Below, piece after piece: positions 35,365 to 44,667 of a DNA stretch of 49,618 nt. Every line of letters starts with the position of its first letter. Position 1 is the stretch's first letter. The translations under genes and the position numbers were made by a program. The notes under the pieces were generated by a model. That model was given only the letters and a program-made list of their open reading frames with translations, searched no databases and was not told where the DNA came from. Source of the stretch: an archaeon (lineage in GTDB: Archaea; Iainarchaeota; Iainarchaeia; Iainarchaeales; JAAZKV01); the NCBI GenBank assembly GCA_038046585.1, contig JBBSVX010000018.1, forward strand, positions 1 through 49,618. Reading direction: 5' to 3'.

Positions 35365-36390
35365 TTATTTGAGTCCCGCTTTCTTCATTATTTTTTCGAT
35401 TCGTGCAAGGACTTCTGTTCTTTCTTTGCCTTTGAGGTCTTTTGAGTATTCGCTTTTTCGGTGAAGTATCTCAGCAAGCCCTGCGTCAAAAACAACTTTA
35501 TCATTTACAATTCCTTTCTTTGCCATGTTAATTCCCATATCAGTGGGCGATTTGTAGGAGTGCATATAGTTTGATTTTGGAATTATTATTTTGATTATTC
35601 TCTTTAGCACCTTAAATCCTTCAACATCTCTGTTATAGTTCACCGCTTTCTTGTGATACGCTGAAGCGTAGTAAGGATCTTGCATCACATAATCTGCAAT
35701 ATCTGCGGTTGCGGCTTCGTAAGCTAAGTTCACCGGGTGGTGCAAAGGCAAGTTCCAGATGGGGAAAGTTTCTATTTTTGCGTACCCTGATTTTAATTTC
35801 AATTTGTTGTCGTGGTATATTTGTGAGAGGCACAAAAACATTTTTCCAGCGTTTGCTCCGTGTGCGGTAACAATCACTATTCTTTTTGATGTTTCAATGT
35901 AAGGTTGAGCATCAAATCCTTTTTTTCCAAATATTGCTTTCAAATCCATTGGATAGCCTGGAATGTTTTTGGTGAAATAAACATCAAATCCTTTTTTTCG
36001 AGCCAAGCCTGCAAATTCCTTGGCTTTTTTCTGCCCTGAAAATCTGCTTAATACTATTGCAGTAATCTTAATCCCCTTTTTCTTTATCATTGAAATATTT
36101 TCAAGTATGATGTCCTCGATCTTGCAGTTTCCTTCAAACCAAATGGTTTGTTCTTCAAGTTCGCTTGCGCTGATGCAATAAATCAACTCGCAATTGTCTT
36201 TCAACTTCATCATGAGTTTTAGTTTTGCGCGCGGATCATAACCCGGCAGTACTCTTTTTGCGTGGGTGTCGTTGAGCAGCTTTCCGCCGACTTCAAGATA
36301 TAATCTGTCAAAATGTGTTGCTCTTTCTTTTATTGCAGCAAGTTCGGCAGTATAATATTTAGCGCTATCAAAGCCTTTCTTTTGCACCAT
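35365..36390 (-). CDS. DUF1846/UPF0371-family protein (short form)
   Basis: RLYLEVGGKLLNDTHAKRVLPGYDP, GKMFLCLSQIYH, GYAKIETFPIWNLPLHHPVNLAYEAATAD, NYNRDVEGF, YKSPTDMGIN. Confidence 0.88.
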   Translation of the reverse strand: MVQKKGFDSAKYYTAELAAIKERATHFDRLYLEVGGKLLNDTHAKRVLPGYDPRAKLKLMMKLKDNCELIYCISASELEEQTIWFEGNCKIEDIILENISMIKKKGIKITAIVLSRFSGQKKAKEFAGLARKKGFDVYFTKNIPGYPMDLKAIFGKKGFDAQPYIETSKRIVIVTAHGANAGKMFLCLSQIYHDNKLKLKSGYAKIETFPIWNLPLHHPVNLAYEAATADIADYVMQDPYYASAYHKKAVNYNRDVEGFKVLKRIIKIIIPKSNYMHSYKSPTDMGINMAKKGIVNDKVVFDAGLAEILHRKSEYSKDLKGKERTEVLARIEKIMKKAGLK

Positions 36391-36424
36391 TCCTAGATTA
36401 GGGCTTTGGTGTTTTTATAACTTT

Positions 36425-37297
36425 TTGAACAGAATATCTAGTGTGGACAAGTTCTCAACTAACTGCGTGATAGCCCTTTCGGCGCCCGAGATTGCGATTA
36501 AGAGCGATGAAGTGCGCTCGTTCATGGAACGCATGCTTAGGGACAACATGACAGAATTTCTTAAGCGCCACGAAGTTCATTATGACTCTATCGAGCGCGC
36601 ATCAGGGAGAATGTTCATATCTACTCAGCAGCCTGAAAGCACAATTAATGCGCTTTCAAAATGCTTCGGGATAAACGTCCTTTGTCCTGCAATAAAAATA
36701 GATTTTGACGCAACTCTTGAAGATTTGGAAAGTAATGTCATTCCTCTTTGTGAAAACAAATTCAAAACCACTTTTGCCGTGCGCGTAAAAAGCTACGCTG
36801 GAAAAATTACTTCAAAACAAGTCGAGATTGCGCTTGGGTCGGCGATACTAAAAAAGTGGCCGAAGCTCAAGGTGAAGCTTAATGATCCTGAAAAGCAATT
36901 GAACTTGGTTTTGTACTCTGATAAGGCGTACGTTTACTTTGATTCGGTGAAAGGTTCTGAAGGGATGCCTGTTGGTTGCCAGGGAAGAGTTCACTTAATT
37001 TGCGATGGATTCGAGGAAAAGAAAGATTCACTTAGACTTGGGTGGATGCTGATGAAATCCGGCTGCAGAGTAAGTGTTTCAGGAGCCAATCTAAAAGAAC
37101 TTGGCGAGTGGGCTTCAAAGGGCGAAATCATGGAATGTTCTTTGGATGAAGCGAAACAGTTATTTGCTGACGGGAGAATAATGGGTTTCTTTTGTCCTGC
37201 GACGGATGACGAGGGCTCAAAGAAAGCCGCTGTTCTTATTGGCCAAAAAGTCATTTCGCCCTTAATATTTTGTGAAACAGTCACTCCTTTTGACTAA
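36425..37297 (+). CDS. THUMP-domain ThiI-like protein with degenerate PP-loop
   Basis: EIAIKS..VR..ME..L.DN, TFAVRVK, KVKLNDPE, EGMPVGCQGR then no SGGxDS; start uncertain. Confidence 0.8.
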   Translation: MNRISSVDKFSTNCVIALSAPEIAIKSDEVRSFMERMLRDNMTEFLKRHEVHYDSIERASGRMFISTQQPESTINALSKCFGINVLCPAIKIDFDATLEDLESNVIPLCENKFKTTFAVRVKSYAGKITSKQVEIALGSAILKKWPKLKVKLNDPEKQLNLVLYSDKAYVYFDSVKGSEGMPVGCQGRVHLICDGFEEKKDSLRLGWMLMKSGCRVSVSGANLKELGEWASKGEIMECSLDEAKQLFADGRIMGFFCPATDDEGSKKAAVLIGQKVISPLIFCETVTPFD

Positions 37298-37360
37298 TTC
37301 TCTTAAATTCGGCGGGGCGCTAGTGCAAGTAATATAATCATTTTCAAGCATTAGTATTGC

Positions 37361-38569
37361 ATGCTTATTGGTATATTTTCAGACACTCACCTGGGTTTCA
37401 CCGGCGAAGATAGGTATGAGGAGTCATTTGCCAGGTTTAAAGAATCAATCAAAATGTTCAGGGCAAAAAAAGTGTCTTACATTCTCCACGCGGGAGATCT
37501 TTTTGACGATGCTGTTCCTGAACAAGAAGTTTGGCTTAAGACTTTTGAGTGTTTTGCGAAGAATTCTTCAGAATCGCACACTTCTATTACAAAGCACACA
37601 ATTTCCGGTGATGAAGTAGTGAGCGTCAAAGGGATTCCAATTATTGCGATTCATGGAACGCATGAATATAGGGGGAAGGATTTTTCTAATGCGATTAGTG
37701 TTCTCGAGAAAGCAAATTGTCTTGTGCATTTGCATGCGGGCTATGTGGACCTTTCAGACGGGGAAGAAAAAGTTTTTGTTCATGGCCTTGGCGGAGTTCC
37801 TGAAAAGAACGCTAAAGCTGTCCTTGAAAAGTATGACCCAAAACCAATCGAGGGCGGAACAAATATGCTATTGCTTCATCAATCATTCAAGGAATTTTTG
37901 CCTTTTGATGAGGATGATATGATTGCGTCGCTTTCGCTAAGTGATCTTCCAAATGGATTTGACTTAATTATTGATGGGCACTTACATTGGATGAACGAGC
38001 AGAACGCCGACGGCAAGAGATTCATTCTGACTGGTTCAACAATATTTACTCAGATGAAGAATCTTGAGTCGCAGATGCAAAAAGGAGTATTCTTTTTTGA
38101 CACTCAAACAAAAAAACTTGAATTCGCTCCTTTTGCAAATCAGAGAAAATTGTTCTATAATAAGTTCGAGTTTAAGAATGCAAGGCCTGAAGAAGTAATG
38201 GAAACAGTAAATGCCAAGATAGCACAAATTGTTGGACAAGAATTTGCGATGAAGCCCCTTGTAAGATTAAAGATCGGCGGGACCTTGGCAAAAGGTTTTA
38301 CTCAATCTGATATTTCTTTTTCAATTCCTGCTGACAAGGCCGTATTTTCAGTTTCAAAAGATTTCTCTACCGAAGCTTTCCAAAAAAAGATAGAATCTCT
38401 TAAGGATGCCCAGACAATGAAGCGAAGCGTAATTGATATGGGTCTTGATATTTTGGAAAAGAACGTAGCCGAGGCGAAGATAGATAAATTTGATTCAAGA
38501 AGGATGTTTGATCTTCTTTCAATAGGCGAAAACGAGAAAGCCGAAGAAGTGCTTATCTCAAAAAATTAG
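37361..38569 (+). CDS. mre11: Mre11/SbcD DNA repair nuclease
   Basis: SDTHLG, HAGDLFD, IHGTHE, LLLHQ, DGHLH phosphoesterase motifs. Confidence 0.9.
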   Translation: MLIGIFSDTHLGFTGEDRYEESFARFKESIKMFRAKKVSYILHAGDLFDDAVPEQEVWLKTFECFAKNSSESHTSITKHTISGDEVVSVKGIPIIAIHGTHEYRGKDFSNAISVLEKANCLVHLHAGYVDLSDGEEKVFVHGLGGVPEKNAKAVLEKYDPKPIEGGTNMLLLHQSFKEFLPFDEDDMIASLSLSDLPNGFDLIIDGHLHWMNEQNADGKRFILTGSTIFTQMKNLESQMQKGVFFFDTQTKKLEFAPFANQRKLFYNKFEFKNARPEEVMETVNAKIAQIVGQEFAMKPLVRLKIGGTLAKGFTQSDISFSIPADKAVFSVSKDFSTEAFQKKIESLKDAQTMKRSVIDMGLDILEKNVAEAKIDKFDSRRMFDLLSIGENEKAEEVLISKN

Positions 38570-38612
38570 CTCTTTAGAAACGAATATTAACAACCTAAAT
38601 CGAAGTATATTT

Positions 38613-39080
38613 ATGCCAAAGACAAATCAGCCAAGAAGGCCTAACGGGACTCTTATGGGTCTTGCAAGAAGACAGAGAGCAAAGCTCTTGGCGGCTGCGA
38701 TTGATTCGTCAAATATTTCTTACTCGCAGGTTGCTAGGCAAGCGGGAGTTTCTAAATCTACTGTGATTGCTTCAAAATTAAGGCCAAAGGGAAACTTAAT
38801 TGCTACTAGGCAAGTAAAAAACCCTTTGATGGATGCGCGCCTAAAGGAACGCAAGGAAGTAATTAGTCAGTTTATTGCAAATGAAACTTTTGCAAAAAGG
38901 GGGATTTCTGTTAATGATTTGCAGAAGCGCTTTGGCGGAGAAAAAAAGTTTTTAAAATCGGTCATCGATTACGTTGATGAACTACTTTCAAGCACTGCCG
39001 GGATAAGGGTAATTAGGCGCACGAAGAGTGATCAGTCAAAGCGCCAAAAAGGCAGCGGCCAGTACATCATCAAGAGATGA
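38613..39080 (+). CDS. Basic orphan protein with HTH-like segment
   Basis: ISYSQVARQAGVSKSTV HTH pattern; Arg/Pro-rich N-terminus. Confidence 0.65.
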   Translation: MPKTNQPRRPNGTLMGLARRQRAKLLAAAIDSSNISYSQVARQAGVSKSTVIASKLRPKGNLIATRQVKNPLMDARLKERKEVISQFIANETFAKRGISVNDLQKRFGGEKKFLKSVIDYVDELLSSTAGIRVIRRTKSDQSKRQKGSGQYIIKR

Positions 39081-39116
39081 AAATATTCTTCCCAAAATAA
39101 AATAAGCTTTTTTTGC

Positions 39117-40256
39117 TTATGGGAGGAAGCGCTTGTTTTTGATTTTTTCTGGCAAGTAGTGCGTTGCAACAAAGTCAAGTTTTTTGTTTGCAAGAGCCTG
39201 TTGTTCTATTCTAAGCTTTTGTTCGAGAGCGAGCTTTAGTTCACTCTGCCATTCTTTGCTCTGGAACCACGGGTAAGCCATCATTTCTTTTGCTCTTTTT
39301 ATGTCCCCTTCTTTCATTTGTTCTGTTACAGCTTCAAGTTTGTAATCCTTTATGTCTTCAATTGTCATTCCAATGTATTTTGCATCAGGGACGGACATGA
39401 ATTCAGAGTGTGCTGCAAGAGCCATTGATCCTTGTTTTATTACAGAGTAAATGTACCATCCGTATGGGTCTCCATCTGTGAAGACATATACTGGCAAATC
39501 AAGTTCGTTGTGTACTCTGTGTATTAGTCTTCTTGTTCCTCTTGCTGCTTGTCCTCCGGTTCCGATTAGGATGCAGTTGTTGTCTTTTGGGAATCCTTCT
39601 TCAATAAGTCTTTCAAATATTGCTTCGGTTTCAACTACGAGGCAGTATTCTGCGTCAGTGTCGGTAAGTTCGATTTCTTCAGGCTCAACTCTTGACATTA
39701 TGGACCAACCGCCTCTTCCTAGTTTTGATGCGTTGAATTTATCGTTGTGGTGCATTCTGTCAAGCAGAGTGATGTTTCCGTAAAGCGTTCCTTTTGGATT
39801 TGCGTGAAGGTTAAGTTTTTCTCTGATGGTGTCAACCGAGTGCTCAAGATCAACAATTATAGGATCTGATTCGTCCTGTCCTTCGAAAGTGTTTTCTTTT
39901 GTGTCTTCTATTGTGTGCTTTAATTCGTAATAAATTTCACGAATAGACGCAGTCTTATTGTGATTCAAGTAATCTTGAGTTTTTGTCATGATGAGCGCTG
40001 TTTGCATGAATTTTCTTGCGTGCGCGATATTTAGGAAGGTTCTAGTGATTTCTTTTTCCCCAAGCTCCAAATATCCTTTCTGCTCATCCCAAACAACGTT
40101 GCTTTTTCCTCTTTGCATTGTGGTGAATTCTGGGTCCTGTAACTTGTTTATTTGGTCAACCATATTTTCGGCTGTCTTTGTTATTCTGCCGGAGATTTCT
40201 TTAGGGCTAACCTTTTGGGTAGTCTTTGTTTCTTTCTTTTTTTTCGTTTCAGCCAT
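39117..40256 (-). CDS. top6A: DNA topoisomerase VI subunit A
   Basis: SIREIYY (catalytic Tyr), FEGQDESD, LVVETEA, GTGGQA.RGTR, FTDGDPYG TOPRIM. Confidence 0.97.
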   Translation of the reverse strand: MAETKKKKETKTTQKVSPKEISGRITKTAENMVDQINKLQDPEFTTMQRGKSNVVWDEQKGYLELGEKEITRTFLNIAHARKFMQTALIMTKTQDYLNHNKTASIREIYYELKHTIEDTKENTFEGQDESDPIIVDLEHSVDTIREKLNLHANPKGTLYGNITLLDRMHHNDKFNASKLGRGGWSIMSRVEPEEIELTDTDAEYCLVVETEAIFERLIEEGFPKDNNCILIGTGGQAARGTRRLIHRVHNELDLPVYVFTDGDPYGWYIYSVIKQGSMALAAHSEFMSVPDAKYIGMTIEDIKDYKLEAVTEQMKEGDIKRAKEMMAYPWFQSKEWQSELKLALEQKLRIEQQALANKKLDFVATHYLPEKIKNKRFLP

Positions 40257-40288
40257 TTTTCTTCACCAAAAATAATTGTTATCTAATC

Positions 40289-42040
40289 CTATTCTTTTTT
40301 CTTTTCGCTGACATTGTCTCCTTTTGAGCCTCTCTTAAGATTCTTCTTGTCGCTTTTGTCAACTATAACGCTGTTTCCGTCGCTTGCAAGAGTGTCTTGC
40401 GCTTTCTTGAGTTCTTCCTGGTCTTTTGCTTCTTCAAGCTTTAGTTTTTGCATTACCATTTTTTCAAGATTGACTTTCAATTTGTTTTCGTCGGCCTTTG
40501 TGATAACATTAAGCGCTCTTGCAATTTCGGGAATATACTTGTAGAACATTAATCTCTTCAATTGGTTTTCAGCTTCTCTTTTCTTGTGTGATATGTAAAC
40601 TCCTGCTTTTCTTCCTGTTTGCATTAGTGCGAGTCTTATTTCTTCTAGTACTTCATCTTCATCGGCGATGGCTTGTTTTCCTGCACCGGTGTAAGGGATG
40701 TGTACTGAAATAAAGTTTACGAAAACTGTTACTGGGGTATTTTCAATGTCCTTTATGTCGTATCTTTTCCAGTCGATTGTTTGTACGGCTTTTGTTAGTG
40801 CGCAAGTTCCTTGATCGAAAAGTAGTGGGACTCTGTTTGCAAATCTCATTATTTCCATGTGTGTTTCTTCTGCTATTTTTCTTCCGGCTCCTCCGCCGTA
40901 TGCAATTGCTATTTCTACTTGGAAAGGAAATCCGCCTTTGTAAACGGTTGGTTTTCTTGTCATTACTGTCAAAAAGTCAGGCTTTACGATGCTCTGCAAA
41001 GAATTCTTGATTTGTTCTTCAGTGATTGGTCTTAGCGCATCAGTTGTTGGTGCAATGAAAGCAATGTCTTTGAATGCTTTGATTATTTCTTCTGCTTCGT
41101 CCCATGCGAGTTGTTTTGGGTCCTTGCTCATGTCAAACTTTACTCTTTTTTTTACTTCTTCGATTCCTTTTGCACCCATTCTGTCGAAATCATTTGAAAG
41201 GAATCCTGATACACTTCTCCCTTTAGTTACTTTGCTCATGCTTATGATGTCGTCAACTGTTACTCCCTTTGGGTGCGGCTTGATTTCTTCCGGGAGCTCA
41301 GGCATTTCGTTATGAGTTCTTTTGAAAGTAAACTTTTGCCCCATCGGGTCGCGGAAAGATATTTGTGTGTGTGGGTTTGCGATTGCTGTTCTTTTCAAGT
41401 ATTCAAGAGGGCCTTGGTCTGAGTCTCTGTAAAGTATTCCTTTGAATTTTGCTTGCACTGCAGTTCCGTGGAATTCTTTGTCAAGTTCTTTAAGATCAGT
41501 TATTTTTGGTTCGTTGTGTCTTGGGTCGATTGTCATTTCAAGGGATATTGCTTTTCCTTGTGCTTTTCCTGTTATTACTTTCACTGGTTTTCCAGTGGTC
41601 ATCTGGCTTAGCATGGTGCATCCTGATGCTCCTATTCCTTGTTGTCCTCTGCTTTGTATCATTCTGTGGAATTTTGTTCCTGCTAAGAGTTTTCCAAATG
41701 CTTTGCCGACATTTTCTTTGCTTATTCCTGGGCCGTTATCTGTAACTGTTACTTCGTAATATTCTTCTCCGAGTTCGTCAATCTTAACATCAATTGTTGG
41801 TAGTATTCCTACAGCTTCGCATGCATCAATGGAGTTTGTGACATATTCGTGGATTATCATTGTGAGTGTTCTTACTTTTCCGTACATTCCGAGCATTTGC
41901 TTGTTTTTCTTGAAGAATTCGGCTACTGAGTGTTCCTTGAATTGTCCTTCAAGTTTTTCGGCTGCGCCGTGGATTATTTCCGAGCCTGTTTCGTCGCTTT
42001 TTTTTGTTTTAGGGGCTTTTTCTTCGGCCAATTTACTCAC
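40289..42040 (-). CDS. top6B: DNA topoisomerase VI subunit B
   Basis: GHKL motifs EYVTNSIDA, DNGPGI, QSRGQQGIG; RFANRVPLL. Confidence 0.97.
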   Translation of the reverse strand: MSKLAEEKAPKTKKSDETGSEIIHGAAEKLEGQFKEHSVAEFFKKNKQMLGMYGKVRTLTMIIHEYVTNSIDACEAVGILPTIDVKIDELGEEYYEVTVTDNGPGISKENVGKAFGKLLAGTKFHRMIQSRGQQGIGASGCTMLSQMTTGKPVKVITGKAQGKAISLEMTIDPRHNEPKITDLKELDKEFHGTAVQAKFKGILYRDSDQGPLEYLKRTAIANPHTQISFRDPMGQKFTFKRTHNEMPELPEEIKPHPKGVTVDDIISMSKVTKGRSVSGFLSNDFDRMGAKGIEEVKKRVKFDMSKDPKQLAWDEAEEIIKAFKDIAFIAPTTDALRPITEEQIKNSLQSIVKPDFLTVMTRKPTVYKGGFPFQVEIAIAYGGGAGRKIAEETHMEIMRFANRVPLLFDQGTCALTKAVQTIDWKRYDIKDIENTPVTVFVNFISVHIPYTGAGKQAIADEDEVLEEIRLALMQTGRKAGVYISHKKREAENQLKRLMFYKYIPEIARALNVITKADENKLKVNLEKMVMQKLKLEEAKDQEELKKAQDTLASDGNSVIVDKSDKKNLKRGSKGDNVSEKKKE

Positions 42041-42188
42041 CAGTTATTTTTTGATTGTCATAAAGACACAAGATTAAGAGTTAAAACCTTTAAAAAGGCA
42101 CCGCCTCTTTTCTGGCGCAAAACAGGCCCCTTGCCTAAAACGCATTGTAGCTAGTCAAATAGGCGTTTTGAATGCTTTTATTGTTGGA

Positions 42189-42707
42189 TTAGAGTCTGAA
42201 TCTTTCTTTGCCGAATTCGTTCAAGTGCTGTTCCATTGTGGTGTGTTCTGCTCCCTCGAGGAGCATTTCAACCGCTTCGATTGCATATTGAAGATCCTCT
42301 ATCCTTGCAATAATTGCCACTGTTTTTCCATAAACTGATACGAGTGAATGGGTCTTCTTTTCAATTTCTTTTCTGATGAGTCCTTTTCTTCCTATTATTC
42401 TTCCGCGTTTTATTTCCTGTTTTGAATGGTTTTTTCCGGAATAATTTGTTATTTCGATTATTTTCAGAAGGTAGTCGTTTTCTAGGAGCTTGTATGCTCT
42501 TTCTGGAGAGAATCCGCGTCCTATTGCTTTTACTATTCCTGCTGCTTTGAAGAATGATTCGCCGCTTCCGCTAACCAAAACATCTCCGCTGGACGATTCA
42601 ATGTGTAGAGTCACTTTGGTTTTTTTCTCTATAAATTTCTTCACAGTGCCTTTTGGGCCTATGAGTATTCCAATTCGTTCATCCGGGATTTTTACTATCT
42701 CTTCCAT
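42189..42707 (-). CDS. KH-domain pre-rRNA processing protein (Dim2/Pno1)
   Basis: RIGILIGPKG, KAIGRGFSPERA, RGRIIGRKG, VYGKTVAII. Confidence 0.93.
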   Translation of the reverse strand: MEEIVKIPDERIGILIGPKGTVKKFIEKKTKVTLHIESSSGDVLVSGSGESFFKAAGIVKAIGRGFSPERAYKLLENDYLLKIIEITNYSGKNHSKQEIKRGRIIGRKGLIRKEIEKKTHSLVSVYGKTVAIIARIEDLQYAIEAVEMLLEGAEHTTMEQHLNEFGKERFRL

Positions 42708-42911
42708 TTCTATTGCCTTTTTAGTACTAAAGTAGTGTTTTGATAGATTTAAATAATTGCGTTATCAATTTGGCGGATTTTTTAGAGGAGTCCGAAGAGT
42801 ATTGCAGAATTCCTATAATCTATCACAATTTCGGAGTTAAATGCTGAGAATAATACGTTTTTCGTATATTAAGCACTATTTTTATACTTGTTGGTCTTTT
42901 TATGGGTTATA

Positions 42912-44660
42912 ATGAAAGAAAAATTCGCTTTCTTTGGGAAACAGGCGCTGATATACAGCGATGGCAAGATTCCTGCTTATTCTGATGATTTGGTAAGGTC
43001 TGGGTTGTTTAGGGAAGCGCTTGTAAGGTACATTGACACTTTGAAGAAAGCCGATTCGCCCCTATTGAAGATTTTTGACAAAGAGCCTGACCCAGATTTG
43101 CTTGTCTCGCTTTTTGCAGAGCTTGCGAGGTTTCAGAAAGAAAACGTGATAAAGCGAAAGCCCGCATTAAGGCCGTTTTTTGGCGACCCTGCTCTCCTTT
43201 TGCGCTTTGTCGAATCATTCTATAATTATTGGCGAAGTTACGAGCGCTTCTTTATTTGTTATTCTGACGAGATGCTCATGGACCCACATCACGCAAAACC
43301 ATACACTACGTTTAACGATACTGTGGAGAGCCTAAATAATTTGACAAGAAAACTTTATCGTGATATTTGCGAAAACATATCTGGGTCTCATCCAAGAGTA
43401 TATCGTCAAGTCCCTGCCGGTGCACAGGTGGGAATGATAGTTGTGGAAGATGATATGATGCTTCCTGCGCCTTACTCCAAGCTTTCAAAAGTGAATTTTA
43501 TCAAGCAGGTGCTCATCGAGCCTCCGCTTTTAATGGATCCTCCTATGAACAAAAGGGACGGCGCTTTTAAGAGAGTGGAAATTAATCCGATTGAGTTTGT
43601 TTCTGAGCTTAAGGAATCTGAGTGGCTTTGCTATCCTGCGCAAGTAGGCGACCTTGTAATCCATGTGCTTTTCAACAATAGATTCATCGGGCTTGGAACG
43701 GCGTTATCAAATTTGTTTGAGCTTGCTACTGAAGAACAATTAAAGAAAAAGCCTGATGCTGTTTATCTTTATGGGATTCCACTGGAATCAGCGAAAAAAA
43801 TTGATTCTGAATTAAGTGTTTTCTATGAGGATGCAAAAAATGATTTGTTGGTGGCTTCGGTTCCTGTGGGCGACGAGTTTGGTTATTTTGGCTACCTGAA
43901 AAAAATGATTCTTACTCTTCATAATATAATAATGATGAAAAGAGGAAGGATGCCTGTGCACGGCGCGATGGTCAGAATTGCACTAAAGAATGGAAAATCT
44001 TACAACATTGTGATAATGGGTGACACTGGTGCCGGAAAATCCGAATCACTAGAAGCATTTAGGGCGATAGGCGGGGACATGATAAGAGAAATGACTATAA
44101 TATTTGATGACATGGGAAGCTTTGCGATTGAGAACAATGCGGTGAAAGCATATGGGACAGAAATAGGTGCGTTTGTGAGACTTGATGATCTTCATCCGGG
44201 ATATGCGTTTGACAACATTGACAGATCGATAATAATGAGTCCTCAGAAAAAGAATGCAAGAGTAGTTTTGCCGATAACTACGCTTGAAGAAGTTCTTTTG
44301 GGCCAGAAAGTGGATTACTTGCTTTATGCGAACAATTATGAGGCCGTGGATGAAACCCACCCTGTTCTTGAGATTTTTAAGAATAGTTCTGACGCGCTTG
44401 AAGTATTCAAAAGAGGAAGAAGCATGTCAAAAGGAACAACAACTTCGACAGGAATAACTGAAACTTATTTTGTGAACATTTTTGGCCCTGCTCAATACAA
44501 GGAGCTTCATGATCCGATTGCAAAGAAATGTTTTGATGCTTTGTTTGAAAGCAAAGTTGTTGTTGGGCAACTAAGAACAATGCTTGCTGTGAAGGGTCTT
44601 GAAAAAGATGGGCCTAATAGCGCCGCTAAAAGTCTCTTAGAGTTTATGACAAAGAGTTAG
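42912..44660 (+). CDS. PEP carboxykinase-fold P-loop protein (divergent bacterial-type PEPCK family)
   Basis: YFGYLKKM, PVHGA, P-loop GDTGAGKS, IFDD, NARV appear in the order of PEPCK active-site motifs. Confidence 0.75.
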   Translation: MKEKFAFFGKQALIYSDGKIPAYSDDLVRSGLFREALVRYIDTLKKADSPLLKIFDKEPDPDLLVSLFAELARFQKENVIKRKPALRPFFGDPALLLRFVESFYNYWRSYERFFICYSDEMLMDPHHAKPYTTFNDTVESLNNLTRKLYRDICENISGSHPRVYRQVPAGAQVGMIVVEDDMMLPAPYSKLSKVNFIKQVLIEPPLLMDPPMNKRDGAFKRVEINPIEFVSELKESEWLCYPAQVGDLVIHVLFNNRFIGLGTALSNLFELATEEQLKKKPDAVYLYGIPLESAKKIDSELSVFYEDAKNDLLVASVPVGDEFGYFGYLKKMILTLHNIIMMKRGRMPVHGAMVRIALKNGKSYNIVIMGDTGAGKSESLEAFRAIGGDMIREMTIIFDDMGSFAIENNAVKAYGTEIGAFVRLDDLHPGYAFDNIDRSIIMSPQKKNARVVLPITTLEEVLLGQKVDYLLYANNYEAVDETHPVLEIFKNSSDALEVFKRGRSMSKGTTTSTGITETYFVNIFGPAQYKELHDPIAKKCFDALFESKVVVGQLRTMLAVKGLEKDGPNSAAKSLLEFMTKS

Positions 44661-44667
44661 TGCATCT

